From Raillietiella orientalis (lineage: Eukaryota): 49,415 nucleotides of DNA. This document shows, piece by piece, positions 36,400 through 47,519 of this stretch. Made by a program: the position numbers and the translations under genes. Under the pieces are notes generated by a model. That model saw nothing but the letters and a program-made list of their open reading frames with translations. It was not told where the DNA came from and made no database searches. The stretch spans positions 1,984,001 to 2,033,415 of the forward strand of contig JAYWIR010000038.1 of assembly GCA_036172245.1 (NCBI GenBank), written 5' to 3'. The first letter of the stretch is position 1, and each line of letters starts with the position of its first letter.

Positions 36400-37450
36400 T
36401 GGGGAGGAGGACTGAAAGGGGATGCGTGACCCTCTCCATAATCCTCCGAAGGTTGGCTCTCTTGCACTTTACTCCCAGATTGGGTTGTTTTCGTTCCCTT
36501 CCCAAGGCAGTGACGGGAGACTGCGAACGGTTCTTCGGGACGACGGCCGCACCCTTCCTCCGCCATGGAGGTCACAGTCGCTCGCAAGTGGCAGAGGATT
36601 GCCCAGAGAGAAGGCAACCGGAAGCCTTCAGAGATGCGGTTCTATCCCTGGAGCAGCCTCCGGCACTCAAGCAGCACATGCGGTAGTGCTGCCACCATAC
36701 TGCAGTGGGAGCACCCTCCAGACACCCTGCCAGCAGATTCTGGCGACGTTCTGGCTTCTTCCCTCTTCTCTCTCTCTCTCCCACCACCTACCTTTTTCTT
36801 CTCCGTGAGCGTTTCCAAGCCCAAGAGCACAGTCTCCTCCTCCCGCTTCCAGGGCGAAAAAGAGCACGGGTGGAGGCGTCAGCAGCAGAGGTTCTTCGGA
36901 AAGATCTTGGAGGAAGAATCGCCGCTCTCTTGCGCGGTTCCCGAATCGGTCGGCGAATCGAATGAACCCGGAGGGATATCTCGGATGGTCTTGCAGCTGC
37001 TGTAGTGGCCGCGGTGCCGACAGTCGCAGCAGCAGCAGAGGATCTTCTTCAGCTCCACGCCCAGGACGTCGCAGTCGCCTCCTTGTGGTCACGCCACGTT
37101 GTCGTCCACCAGTCCGCGATCCTCCACTTACGCTTCCGGCATCTCCAGTGAGTTGCTGACCTGCTTCAGGATGGCTCGTGGAGATCCCCTGGAGATCGGC
37201 GTGGATGGCCGAGGCATCTTCCAGGCTCCAGGAGTGCGGGAGCGTCGGAAGGACGAGATGAAGCATCCGTCCTGCGAGCATATCCACGGTGACATACTGG
37301 TGTTTCCGGCAACAGCCCGCCATGGTCGTGTCGGGGAGGACCTCCCCCGCAGCATTTCCGGAGTGGCGACGTCCTTCACGTCGAATAGGGACCCAAAAGG
37401 CCAGAGCAAGGTGGCAGCAGGATGGAGACCAAAAAAAAAGACAGAGGTAC
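36400..37450 (-). mobile_element. Adjacent LINE pieces: ORF1 fragment (36800-37450) and zf-RVT 3' fragment (36400-36720)
   Basis: ORF 36667..37530 LPHSWSLEDASAIHADLQG (ORF1-like); ECRR..RLPSLWAIL (zf-RVT-like). Confidence 0.4.
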
Positions 37451-37499
37451 CGATCAAGAAGCTCTGGATCTTGGACTCGGTCCACCTTTGCGGTCTCCG

Positions 37500-38120
37500 A
37501 GAGAGGTCTTTGCGGCGTGGCTTCGCTCACCAGAGGAGGCGTCCTTCCGTCGACTTAGCAGCCCCAGGCATGCTGCGGGAAGATCCACATCTTTCCTCAT
37601 CTCACCCATGCATGGCTTCTCGAGTGGTCTCGCTCCAAGCATTGGGGTACATCTTGGGTTGGCTGCTTTCATCCTTCCCGATGGACCGCCACGGTACCTC
37701 CGTCGTCCACTGGCGTCCGCGCTCTCTCTCGAGCCTGCGTGACGTGGTTTGCGAGCATCCGTCAAGCTTCCAGGGATGCACGACGAAGCGTGCATCCCTG
37801 GAAGCTTCGATGCTCTGCAAGCCTGCCGCCGCGGAGACGGGTTGATGCGCGGATGCGAAGCCAGGAGGGTGGTGACCTTCACGGTCCTCTCCTCAAGGAC
37901 AGAGGGCTGCGAACGTGAGTGTCCTGCGAACCGCCTCCCCAGCCTCCCCCTTCTCTTCCCTTTGCTCATGTCGCACTTGTCCGTGTCTTGTCTGGGCTGC
38001 TTGCCGGAGGACGTTCCGATGCTTTCCGATGACGTTAGAATTCCCTTTTCGTAGACCTCGGATCCTCGACCCTCGCGCGATGCTCTCGCTGCACCTACGA
38101 GGAGACCTTGCATTCTGATT
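37500..38120 (+). mobile_element. Degenerate LINE RT core
   Basis: RRPSVDL (~37540), LPSLPLLF (~37935) and MLSDDV (~38020, YADD). Confidence 0.55.
37764..37807. repeat. Perfect 19-bp inverted repeat, 6-nt loop
   Basis: AAGCTTCCAGGGATGCACG-acgaag-CGTGCATCCCTGGAAGCTT. Confidence 0.95.
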
Positions 38121-38199
38121 GCCATGAGATGAGGTCCCGGTGCTGACTTAGCTCTTCACCACCTTCCCTTCCTTTCCCTTCAGAGCTGCCCCTGCAGCC

Positions 38200-38640
38200 C
38201 CGCTAGAGGTAGGGAGAGCCTCGGGGAGCTGAGAGTGTAGGAGCTCTCGAAACCCTGCCGCGTGGCCTTCTTCCCAGGAGAATAGACGAGGTCCTCGGGC
38301 ACGAGTGGAGAGTGACCTCTGAGATCGATGCCGACCATCGGTCGCTGCTGAGAGGAAGGAGGGGGGAGGGTCTAAGGAGTTTCCATGGATACCGGAACCC
38401 TAGGAACGGCCCTGATACCATGAGCTGGTCTCAGAACACGTCCCCAGCAGCGCGCATCTGCGGGGGAAGGAGGGGAAGGTTGCCCGTTTCCTCCGCCGGA
38501 GAGCTGGAAGAGCAGCTGCACATCTTCGACTTGGGCAGGGGAAGGCGGCCAGACCCTCCCGCTGCTCCACAGAGTCACCCGGCCCTGCGAACGCGCAGGA
38601 ATCCCAGTGCACTCCAGGGATCAGAATCCCCATCCCTACT
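38200..38640 (-). mobile_element. LINE 3' end (zf-RVT relic)
   Basis: Minus CSCSSSSPAEETGNLPL (~38480-38520), followed by a pyrimidine/purine-biased flank. Confidence 0.4.
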
Positions 38641-39780
38641 CCCTTAGCTCGAGGGGGAGACGTCCCTTCAGCAGATCCGCAGGGGTTCCGGGACGCAGCT
38701 TCCTTTCTTTCGGAGGGCTGAGGAGGGTCAGAAGGGGAGAGCTCCGAGAGGACGCATCCCGGGGCTGCCGCCGGGCGTCGCGGCTAGCACGCAGCGGCGC
38801 CGGTGCACCTTTTGCGCGCGTTCCCCTGAGGGACGCTCCTCACCCGGAGCAGGAACCGGAAAAAAATCCGGGACTTGTCATCAAGCAGGACTCCCTAGGG
38901 GAAGGAAGGGAAGAGGAAAGCGCGCAGGAGAGCTCGCGGGGCCGTCCCGCGCGAGACGAAGACGGACGTCCAGGGTCTCCGACGCAGGGACGCTTCCTTC
39001 CCCCAGGACGTCCACGTGAACCTCGCCCCTGCCTCCAGGGGATGACGACGGGAGGCATCTCGGAGAACCACGAGGGGAAAGGGGGAAAGCAGGGGATGGA
39101 GCTGCCTCTCTCTGGCCCAGCGAGAGAGTCCTGTCCTGTTCCTCCATATGGAGCGCTTCCGGGGGGAATCTGGCGACAAACGTAGAAAGAAGGGGCAGGG
39201 AAGAGAGGGGAAGCCGGAGTGCAGAGGGACCGTCTTCCCCCTCCTCTCCACCTCATGGGGATGGGAAAGGCCAGGAGAACCTCGATCGAAGGGAGGAGTC
39301 TTAGGGGAATGGTGGCGTGGGGCAAGTCGAGGAGGCCCTATTTGACGAGGATGCCGTTCTACCGCAGGAGCAAGTCCGTCAAGCCGGCAAGTGGAGAATG
39401 GGTGAACAGGTGCTCCCAGTCCTCTCCTACCTCATCCCGTCGCCTCTGGCCAATGGCACAGCCCATAGAGCTTGCATCCCGGAGGCGAAGCCTCGGTCTG
39501 CACACGGCAGCGGGAGCCGCGGGAGGTCACCAGGTCGAGGCGGAGCGCGTGCCTCGATCATTCCTTCATCCTGCCTCCTCCCCGACACGTGGGAGACAGA
39601 GGGAAGGGTCTCCTTGCTCGAAGGCCGGAGCTCCAGGGCCGCACCCCTGCTGCCATGCACGCCGGTTCTGCCCCTTCTCTCAGGAGCCTCCAGCGTGTCT
39701 CCCGGCCTCCCCCTCCTCCTCCTCCTCCCATTTCCCCTTCGTCCCCACCCCCTTGTCTGGGAGACCCGGAAGCGCTGGCT
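38640..39780 (+). mobile_element. GC-rich LINE ORF1 (gag-like) fragment
   Basis: LHLMG..VAWG/GQVEE..LIPSPL and GSR..GHQ..ACL knuckle relic across frameshifts (ORFs 39219, 39317, 39472). Confidence 0.5.
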
Positions 39781-39799
39781 TGCCATGACTTCTGCTCTT

Positions 39800-40620
39800 C
39801 TGCCTTTCCTCCACTTCCCTTGCCCCTTGACCCCTCGCAGCAGGATTTCGTCACGGGGCAGTGGCATCTCCCCAAGAAAGCGGTCGCTCCTCTTGGGGAG
39901 GTCTCGAGAGAGGGAGGCGAGGCATCTTGGGAAGACTCTCCGGGCCTGGGGCCGCCCCTCCACCAGGAGCGCCTCCGAGGGAAGCTCCAGAGTGGAACCA
40001 CCGGGTTCTCCCTGGTCCTGGCACCCGGATGGCTAAGAAAAGTGACGCCACTCGAGGACGCACGCCTGCCGGAGGCGGTGTTAGCTCCTTCCGGTTCCTG
40101 GGACGCGGCACGTCTCCGCGCGGGAGCGCCGGAGAGCGCGCCAGGGAGGGGCTTTCTCGCCTCCCGCTGCGCCTTCTTCCCGGCGGGCCGTCCTTCCGGG
40201 GACGCGCCCTGGAAGGCCGAGTCCGGCTCCTTCCTCCCACCCTTTGTTTCCTCCCCGCCCTGCGCTGGACTCCACGGGAGGCGCCCCAAGACGGATGGGG
40301 TGCACGTGCGGTGACGGGGTCGAGGTCAGTGGCAGTGGAAGGAGGGGTTGCATGAGGATGCATGTCAGCGCGTTGTCACGCGACGAGTGATCTCGCGCAG
40401 CTCAGCTGTGAACTTCCCGGCCAGCAGCCGCGAAGACCACGCGTTGCCACGCGTTCAGCACGCCGCGTCGGGGGTAGGAGAGAAAAAGGAGAGGAGAGTT
40501 ATCCACAGAAACGGACCACAGAGGCACGAACAGGCTGCTTCCCTTCTGGAGGAGGGTACCGCATCCCTTCCTGAGCCGAGAGCGTCCTTCCGTGGTTCCC
40601 AGATCCCGTTGCAGCTCTCG
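39800..40620 (-). mobile_element. GC-rich LINE APE endonuclease fragment
   Basis: Minus: N..GL start (~40445), ILMQ (~40355), SGAP..R (~40130), SLSRDL (~39905), HCPV (~39860, SDH position). Confidence 0.5.
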
Positions 40621-41081
40621 CGCTAGCCCTGGAGCTGATTCACCCTTCTCCAGAGTGTTCAGTCTCTTACTGTTTGTTTCCTTTGAAGAGAGCGTCAGCC
40701 CCTTCCTCCTCCTCCTCTTCCTCCTCCTTCCCGAGCATTTCGGCGGACTACGGAAAGCTGGGAGGAAAAAAAAGAAAAACCATCGAAAAGAGTCGGCGCA
40801 TGCTCTGCTCGAAGATGACGTCACCGAGACACGCCGCTGCGGACGGGCAATCCCAATGAAGCATCCACTCTCTTCCATTTGCCATTAACTCTTGCATATC
40901 AGTTCGGCATGAATGGAATGCTTCCCGTGGAGGGGTGGTCGAGAGGGGAAGAAAAAGGAAGTATAGCAGGAAGGAAAAGGATTTCCATGCTAATGCGCGC
41001 GTATTGTGCTCATCCCTGATTGTCAAACCTTCCATCCATCACGTGTGACCAGGATTTTTAGTCACATCGCTCCGGGGAAAA

Positions 41082-41115
41082 ATATAATAATAATGATGAT
41101 GATAATAATAATAAA
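41082..41115. repeat. Compound (ATA)n/(ATG)n microsatellite
   Basis: ataataataatgatgatgataataataataaaa. Confidence 0.85.
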
Positions 41116-41199
41116 AGCATTGTTCGAGCCCGAGCCTCTGAAATCGACTCGGCCATCTCGGCCGGGGAGCCATCCATTCAACATGGCCGCCAGCTTTCC

Positions 41200-42600
41200 C
41201 GCCCGGCGCTGTCAGAGGCATTGTTGCCAGAATGCCACGAGATAAACGATCGCTTCGTTTATAGCGCTCAGCTCGTCTTCGTTCCGGGGGGGAGGAGATA
41301 AAAAATGCTGGCATCCCCGACATCACAGCAGTATGGGGAATGAAAATCAAATCCGATAGCAGCAGCCCTTCTCCACTTTCAGCCATGGTACGTCATTGCT
41401 CTACACAGGGGAGCAGTACCTGACCCGGCAAAATGCAGTCATTATTTGTGAAAGACATTCCATTGGCCGACTGGAGCGACATCCAGCGAGGGAATGGCAC
41501 TTTCGGATCACCGCGCTCCAGGATGAGAGTCACAAAGGGTGGAGTGCATCTGGAAATGTGAACGCACTCCTTATAATACGTTTGAACTAACGAAATATGA
41601 AGCTATGGTTTCATGGGTCAAATTAATGGATAGGAAACTCATTAGCCACACTTAATTAATGAAAAAGTGTTGTTGAAATGATTGTCTTAGTCTCTAGTTA
41701 GCTTATGGTCTTGAGGATTCAGCAGGATCGTAAAGTTCGGCTTAAAGGAAGGAAACATCTGATGCCTTCGGCAAGGCTGCTACTCTGTATGCTTTCCCGC
41801 AAGAGAGTGATTTCTATGAGACCCATTGACGTGCTCCGAAACAAGAATCCCTTTTGCAGGTTCTGAGGATTGGAGAACTGTCCTGCACTCCCATCTGAAC
41901 AGAGCTCCAGACCGTTCCGGAGTGCATGAGGGGACGTTCCTTTCCAAGACCCGATCCTCATTTCTGATCGGAAGTCCTCTTTACCAGGCTCTTTACAAGG
42001 GCAGCTCATGGGCGCGGCCCTCGTTTCCTCTGTAGACTAATCTACACTTTTTTGGTTGCGAAGAGCGTGGTGATCGGTATATCCGACCATGGTGAGTGAT
42101 CTGCGCTGAGGAGTGATGCTGCATATTCAGCAAGGCAGGCAGAACGAGGAACTGAGCCCTCTCGAAGAGCAAAAAGCTTTGATACACACGGAAAGAAAAG
42201 AACCACTTTGAAAAGAAATAACGGACTATTCCTTCGTAATATGGCAACGCTTCTTCGTGCGAGAATACAAAGAAGCGGTTTGCAAAGACCACGAAACGGA
42301 GAACTACCGTGGTGTGCGCCTGGAATCAGTTACCGTGACCACGTTCCGGGAGACCTGCGTGATGGCTACATGTCCACCGCCTCCTCTGAGCGTCAAGGGT
42401 GAGAATCGTGGGCTTTTGAAGGGGAGAATTTCCAGGTCCGAAGATATCCGTTCCTCTGCCTTTGCTGCCTCGTATGCTCCTCTAGTAAGAGCTCTCCAGC
42501 CGTGCACTTGGGAGCAACCAGGAATGACGCACGGTTTACTTGCTCCGAAGAAATTTTTGAAAAGAGCCGCTTCTTTTGGTGCTTGGCTCCGAGATTCATT
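41200..42600 (+). mobile_element. Degenerate LINE ORF2 linker and RT
   Basis: RSARLRSGGE (~41265), FVKDIPL (~41450), MRPIDVL (~41820), YQALYKGSSW (~41990), LHFFGCEE..YI (~42050), GRQNEELSPL (~42140), ITDY (~42220), YKEAVCK (~42270). Confidence 0.6.
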
Positions 42601-42664
42601 TATTCCGAAGTAAAAGCGAAGAGCTGTAATATGTAGAGGTACTGGAAGACACGAGTGAATCCAG

Positions 42665-42737
42665 CGTTGTTGACCGCATGGCTGCAGCCTCCGCGCATGA
42701 CGCCAAGCGTTGCAGGTTCGAATCCCAGCCGGGGAAG
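42665..42737 (+). pseudogene. tRNA-derived sequence (tRNA pseudogene or SINE head)
   Basis: Perfect B-box GGTTCGAATCC at 42715-42725 and a degenerate A-box TGACCGCATGG at 42671-42681 at tRNA-like spacing; cloverleaf stems are not intact. Confidence 0.5.
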
Positions 42738-42749
42738 CGCCGACGCCGA

Positions 42750-43350
42750 GAAATGGTTACGATGTGGATTTGCGAGTCCCCTCCCTCAGGATAACGCTGA
42801 TCGGCCCTTTGGTTTCAGGTGAAGCGCCCCGATAGTAGCCGGAAATAGGATGTCCCGGATTGGAAGTGGATTCTCCGGGATCCTTCCAGGACATCGAGGA
42901 GGCCATTGCCTTAGGGGTTACCCTCCGGTTGTAAAAAGGGAGCCTTCTTCCCCTTCGAAGGCGACCCTCCATCGCGTTCCATGAAGTTGGTTGACACCCC
43001 CTCGGGGTTGCCCCTGAAGCGCGCCGCTCCCTTCAGAGAAATCTGGAAGCGTCCCTTCGGTATTCTCTTCAGAGGAAAAAGCAAGGAGCAGTTCTTTTGC
43101 AGGTTCCCTTTTGTGAAGAAGCGGGGAGTGGCCCCCTTTTGGAAGTCCCTCTGGAGATAACAAGGTAGAGGTTCCGTTCGGAGTTCCCTTCGGAGACAAC
43201 TAGGAGTTTCCTCCCATGAATAAGAGGAATGGAATCCTTCCTACGGGGCCTTTCTCGATTCATAGGATGCTCTCCTCCTGGGGTACTCCCTAAATTGAAG
43301 AGTCACTTGCACCCTCGAGTGGCGTGGGCGGTGCTTCAAGACTTTCGTAA
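42750..43350 (-). mobile_element. LINE ORF1 3' region, second copy of the 27280-27660 block
   Basis: Colinear similarity including the identical 24-mer TTCGGAGTTCCCTTCGGAGACAAC at 27585-27608 and 43177-43200. Confidence 0.6.
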
Positions 43351-43449
43351 GCTCCCAGTAAGGAGGTGAACGTTCTTCAGCATCTGGAGAAACAAAAAAA
43401 AAGAAACTAGAAAAGCAAAACAAAGCTGAAGGAAAACAGCGAAAACCGA

Positions 43450-44330
43450 AGAGTCCAGAAGGATTTCGATCATCCTGTGGAAGATGCGGTGGGTCTCGTC
43501 TATCCTACTTGCCCCAGTGCTGCCCCCTCTAAGGGACGCAGGGGACAGCATAATCCCGGCAAGTTGGGAAGTAACGAAGTAACGTGCTGCATAGCAGCAA
43601 TGAAGAAACTGTTGGGGACGTGGAAGTGCCACGCTCCTTTAAACAACGGAGAGGTGCCTGTGAAGGCTCTTTCTCCATTTTGAACCGGAGGTATCCCTCC
43701 GGTGTGGGGGGTCCGCTCTCCGTTGTACTACCGGAGGGGGAAGTGAAAGATGCTGTGACCCCTAGTGTCCCACCTCACGGAATTCTATGCTGGGGAGAGC
43801 TGCTCGACATCCCTCCGGAAGAGGTGCACTGACCCCCAGCGTTCTGGAGCAGTGGCGCCCTTCCCTCAATTGGCAGGAGTTGGCGTTTTGCTTGGGGAAT
43901 CCCGTGCAAAGAGAGCCTCCATCACTGGACACAGGTGAGCGTGGACGATCAAAGTGAGGGAAGAAGGTGAGAGAAGAAAACGACTCTCCGACACCTGCTA
44001 TTGGACCGTGCTACCCTCCGATCCCTTTGGGATCGCCTCGCAACGATCCTAGGGATCCCGGCGGGCAGCCCCAGAGACATTTTCAGACGTCTCTTCGTGT
44101 GCGGTGCCTCACTGCTGCTAGCCGCGTCCCTGGAAGTTCTCCGCTATCCCCTTCGCGGGATGATGGCTGCCTGGAGAGCCAGAAGAAGAGGCCGAAATGA
44201 CAGGGACGCCATTCACTGGGCGCGAATCTTCCTGAGGATGCCCCACCTGAGCGAGACACGAACGAATCTTGTCAGCATCCTGCACAGGGTGTAGAGGATG
44301 CCTGGCAACGTACCGTGATCCCAATCCTAT
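43450..44330 (+). mobile_element. LINE ORF2 3' fragment with zf-RVT relic
   Basis: ILWKM..VLPP (~43475-43530), TTLRHLLLDRATLRSLWDRL (~43980-44040), C-terminus AAWRARRRGRNDRDAIHWARIFLRMPHL. Confidence 0.65.
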
Positions 44331-44379
44331 CCTTCCCTCGCCCTCCCCGTGTATGAGTTCGTGGCCTCCCTTCTTTGCC

Positions 44380-45250
44380 CCTTGCCTTTTGTTTCTTCCA
44401 ACCCCAAAGAAGTGAAGAAGCGAACCGGGGATCTCCTATGGAGAGCCTTTTGGGGCACAGGAGGCCCCGTGTTTAATTGAAAGACTTGATGGCACCGTGT
44501 AGGGAAAAAGGACTTGACCTCCTGACGCAGACGGAGAGGCAGCTCCAGTGTCCAAGGGTGGTCCCAGTGGCAGACTTGTGGGGCGCAGTGGTGCGTCTTC
44601 ACACGTCTCCTAGTCGAGCGAGCAGCTAGGTTTGGGAGGGTGGTCGCCAATCTTGGTCCGATATGGGTGTCATCTTTGACCTATGGTTGCCTTGGCGAAG
44701 GAGAGAGCCTCCCAACGAAGTGTAGCTCCTGGATTCAGGGAACAGCTCAGACGTGAGCGAAAATGAACGAGACGATCTCGGAGCGATTCTCAGATCCAAC
44801 CCTACGCTCGTTCCTCGTTGCAGAAGGCAATGGAAAGACCCCAAAAGACCCCGTTAGCGCAAGGCATCCCAATTGCCGCAACGCCGTTCACCCTACTGGA
44901 GAACAACGGCAGTGGTCGACTGGCAAGATGAAAAGTCACCTGCAAATTTCTAGGAAGCAGAAGAGCGTTGGGATGCTGAACATCACGTTAGATAGATGGC
45001 GCCTCTACCCCTGCTGTCCATCATGCAAGACTTGTCCGCTGGGAGGATCTCGTTAGTAATCTCCCCCTCTGGAAGACTTCGAGATACCCCCAGCGTCATT
45101 AAACAGCTCCATACTTCCCCTGAAGAGTCAGGAATTAGCGTTGCAACTGTTACAAAGCACGCCAAGACCGTCGCCACCCGTTTATCCCAGGGCGTTTCTT
45201 TTTCAAATAAAGAAAAACAACCAGACCATATGGATCGGTAAATCCACCTT
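44380..45250 (-). mobile_element. LINE RT C-half to post-RT fragment
   Basis: ORF 44983..45261 (VLACF..; SLPEGEIT) and LPLRLRQEVKSFF..HQVFQLN (ORF 44327..44650, zf-RVT lead-in). Confidence 0.5.
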
Positions 45251-45449
45251 TCTTTGGACATTTCAGGGGGAGGAGAGAGAAAGAAAAAACACTGACTTGC
45301 AGGTCAGCTACACAGAATGGCGGGAATGGTGTGGGAAAAGGGAAAATAAATGGATAAACAACAGGGAGAAAGGAAAGGGGTCACACCGGTCACACCTGCT
45401 GCGCCTTCTGAAACCTGCGTGCGATATAGGCGGCGACCTCCTCGACTCT

Positions 45450-46250
45450 TTTATTCTTGAAAGGTCACTTTGCCACGTCCCTCATCACTGCGGAGTTGAG
45501 GAAAAAGGTTCTCCTACTTCCTATCCGGGTCATCTCCTCTGTGTTCTGGGACGTCACAGTCCTCCTGACGCAACTCAAGACGGAGAGATCGGTGGGAGCG
45601 GGCGAAAGCCCTTCCCGCGCAAAGCACCACCACACAAATCCTTCCGGCGTGTCTTCGTGTCGCAGAAAAGCAACCGAGAGGGTTTTCTGCACGCTCCGCA
45701 GTTCACCGCGTTCCAGCAGCGGGGGCGCGTGGAAGTTTCGACCTCCGAGGATAGTGTCGCTCGGGAGGACGCCGTCCCCCTCGTCCAGCAGTGTCGCTGC
45801 CACCGGGATGCGCGGAAAGTTCCGGCGCACGAGCAGCAGAGCTTCCTGTCGCCATCTGAGACCCGCTGATGCCCATTTTCACCCGGTCACTCCGAGTATG
45901 CCGCTGGACTAGGGAAAGTGCGGCCCCTGAGATGCCAGGTGTGGTGGAGTAAAAACTTCCGCTCATCTCTACTCAAGCAGGTCTCCCTCCGGAGCGCATG
46001 GGGATGTTTTGCTCGAACTCGCAGTGGACAACTCAAAAGGCTCAATGGAGCGCCCCTATGCATGGCGCAGTGTCGCCCTCGTCGCGTCGATACCAGCTTT
46101 GTGCTTCCTCTGCGGAGTCTTGACGGCGAGAAGCCGGAAGAGGCTGGGACAAAAAGGGGTGTCATCCTTATGGTTTCTCCTTTCCCGAGCATAACAACAA
46201 GGTGGTAGCACCCCTTTTGCTACAAGGGGAACTTGCCTGTAACCTGGGAA
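45450..46250 (-). mobile_element. LINE RT and post-RT fragment
   Basis: HRGAPLSLL (RQGCPLSPL), FPRIP (YLGIP), ILGGR and GFVW in ORFs 45887..46192 and 45465..45830. Confidence 0.6.
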
Positions 46251-46399
46251 GGATACAGAGGACACCAGGAAGGTTACTGTCAATCTCCTTTCTTGTCCAT
46301 CCGCATGGTTTCCAAGACCATTCTTCCTTCTTTATTTCCCCCTTTTTTTTTTATCGCACCTTTTTCTTCCCCTAAGGGCATCGCTCTGCAATCTGGTTA

Positions 46400-47400
46400 A
46401 AAGAGGAAACGCCGCCTCCTGGATGCGTACCGACGTATCGGGAATTTTCACCTGTTGTGCGACTGTTTGCCGGTCAACGGGCTTCACAAGAAACGTCCCC
46501 GGCGTGACCGGATGAAAGTAAACTCGCGACCGATGAGAGGTCACTGGGGTCCTCGGGCCAGTCCAATCCGCTCATCAAGACGTCCGTTGCAAGAAATCGG
46601 AATCTAGAAATCGGTTCCTGCGTAGAGGATGAGTACCTGCCTGTGTCGCTCCCTGCATCCAGACCGAGGTGAGGAGCCTGGATCCGACGAGGAGATGTCC
46701 TTGAAGGAAACTGGGGACGAAGAGAAACCTCCCTTAAGAACCATGCATTTGGGCTTCTTCGCCGGATGAGGAACGATGATTCGCTGCAAAAATTCTACGC
46801 AGGTTCGCGAGTGCAAGCGATCGGGACTCAAGCAGCCGTGGAGCCTCAAGGACCGGACTCTTTCCTCTTGGAGCCTGAGCCCCGCGCAACAGATGCGAAT
46901 TGCAAGGGGAGAGTACGATGCGAAACCCCCGATGCAGGGAGATTCCTGAGGTTTCCACGCAATGAGAAAAAATGGGGTTCTTCTCCAGAAAAGCAAGCCG
47001 GTGCCCTACAGGCTGGTTTCCTTGGTCGATGGGCACGGGAACTCCCTGGAGGGTACCCGGCAATTGGCCCGCCCCCTGGAGAACGGTATGATGCGATTGT
47101 CATTCTGGCGTCCTGCCCACGCTCATCATCTGTTCCTCGCGCCTTGTCGCGCTCTTTTGCAAGTGACGGATCATCTCAGGCTTGCCGATGATCCGGCCTG
47201 TGGGCGGCAGCAGCCACCAAACTCCCTCATGTTTCCATGCTCTCGAACAACGGACCGAGTTTCTCCTGGGGATTCGAGAGGTGTGAGCGTGCGAATTCTC
47301 TGCAGAGAAAAGACAAAAGCCTCGCTTTCAGGTCGAGATAACCTGGAGCGGTTGTCATGGTTTCGACGTTGATTGTTTCGTTGACTAGGAAAATTACATA
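46400..47400 (+). mobile_element. LINE EN-linker fragment
   Basis: SQET (~46485), VLGQSN (~46550, LGDFN), ASRP (~46655), LVSLVDGHG (~47015). Confidence 0.5.
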
Positions 47401-47519
47401 CGAACATCTTATTGGGAGCTGTCATTTCTCGAGCATTTCATTTCACGCGTGACAATTTAGATTAGTCCGTTGCCACGGATTCTTGGGCAGCGCGAAAGAC
47501 TTTTTTCGAGGACTGGTGT

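Noticed and set aside
38607..40363. Many long overlapping ORFs on both strands
   Set aside because: A consequence of very high GC content in LINE ORF1/EN relics; Arg/Pro/Gly/Ser-biased translations.
41264..42398. Apparent multi-exon orphan gene, and a THAP-like reading (VCKDH..RL..VTTF)
   Set aside because: The same sequence contains the colinear LINE linker/RT motif series (RPI, FG..E..YI, RQ..LSPL, YADD position), so the splice sites and THAP resemblance are most likely chance.
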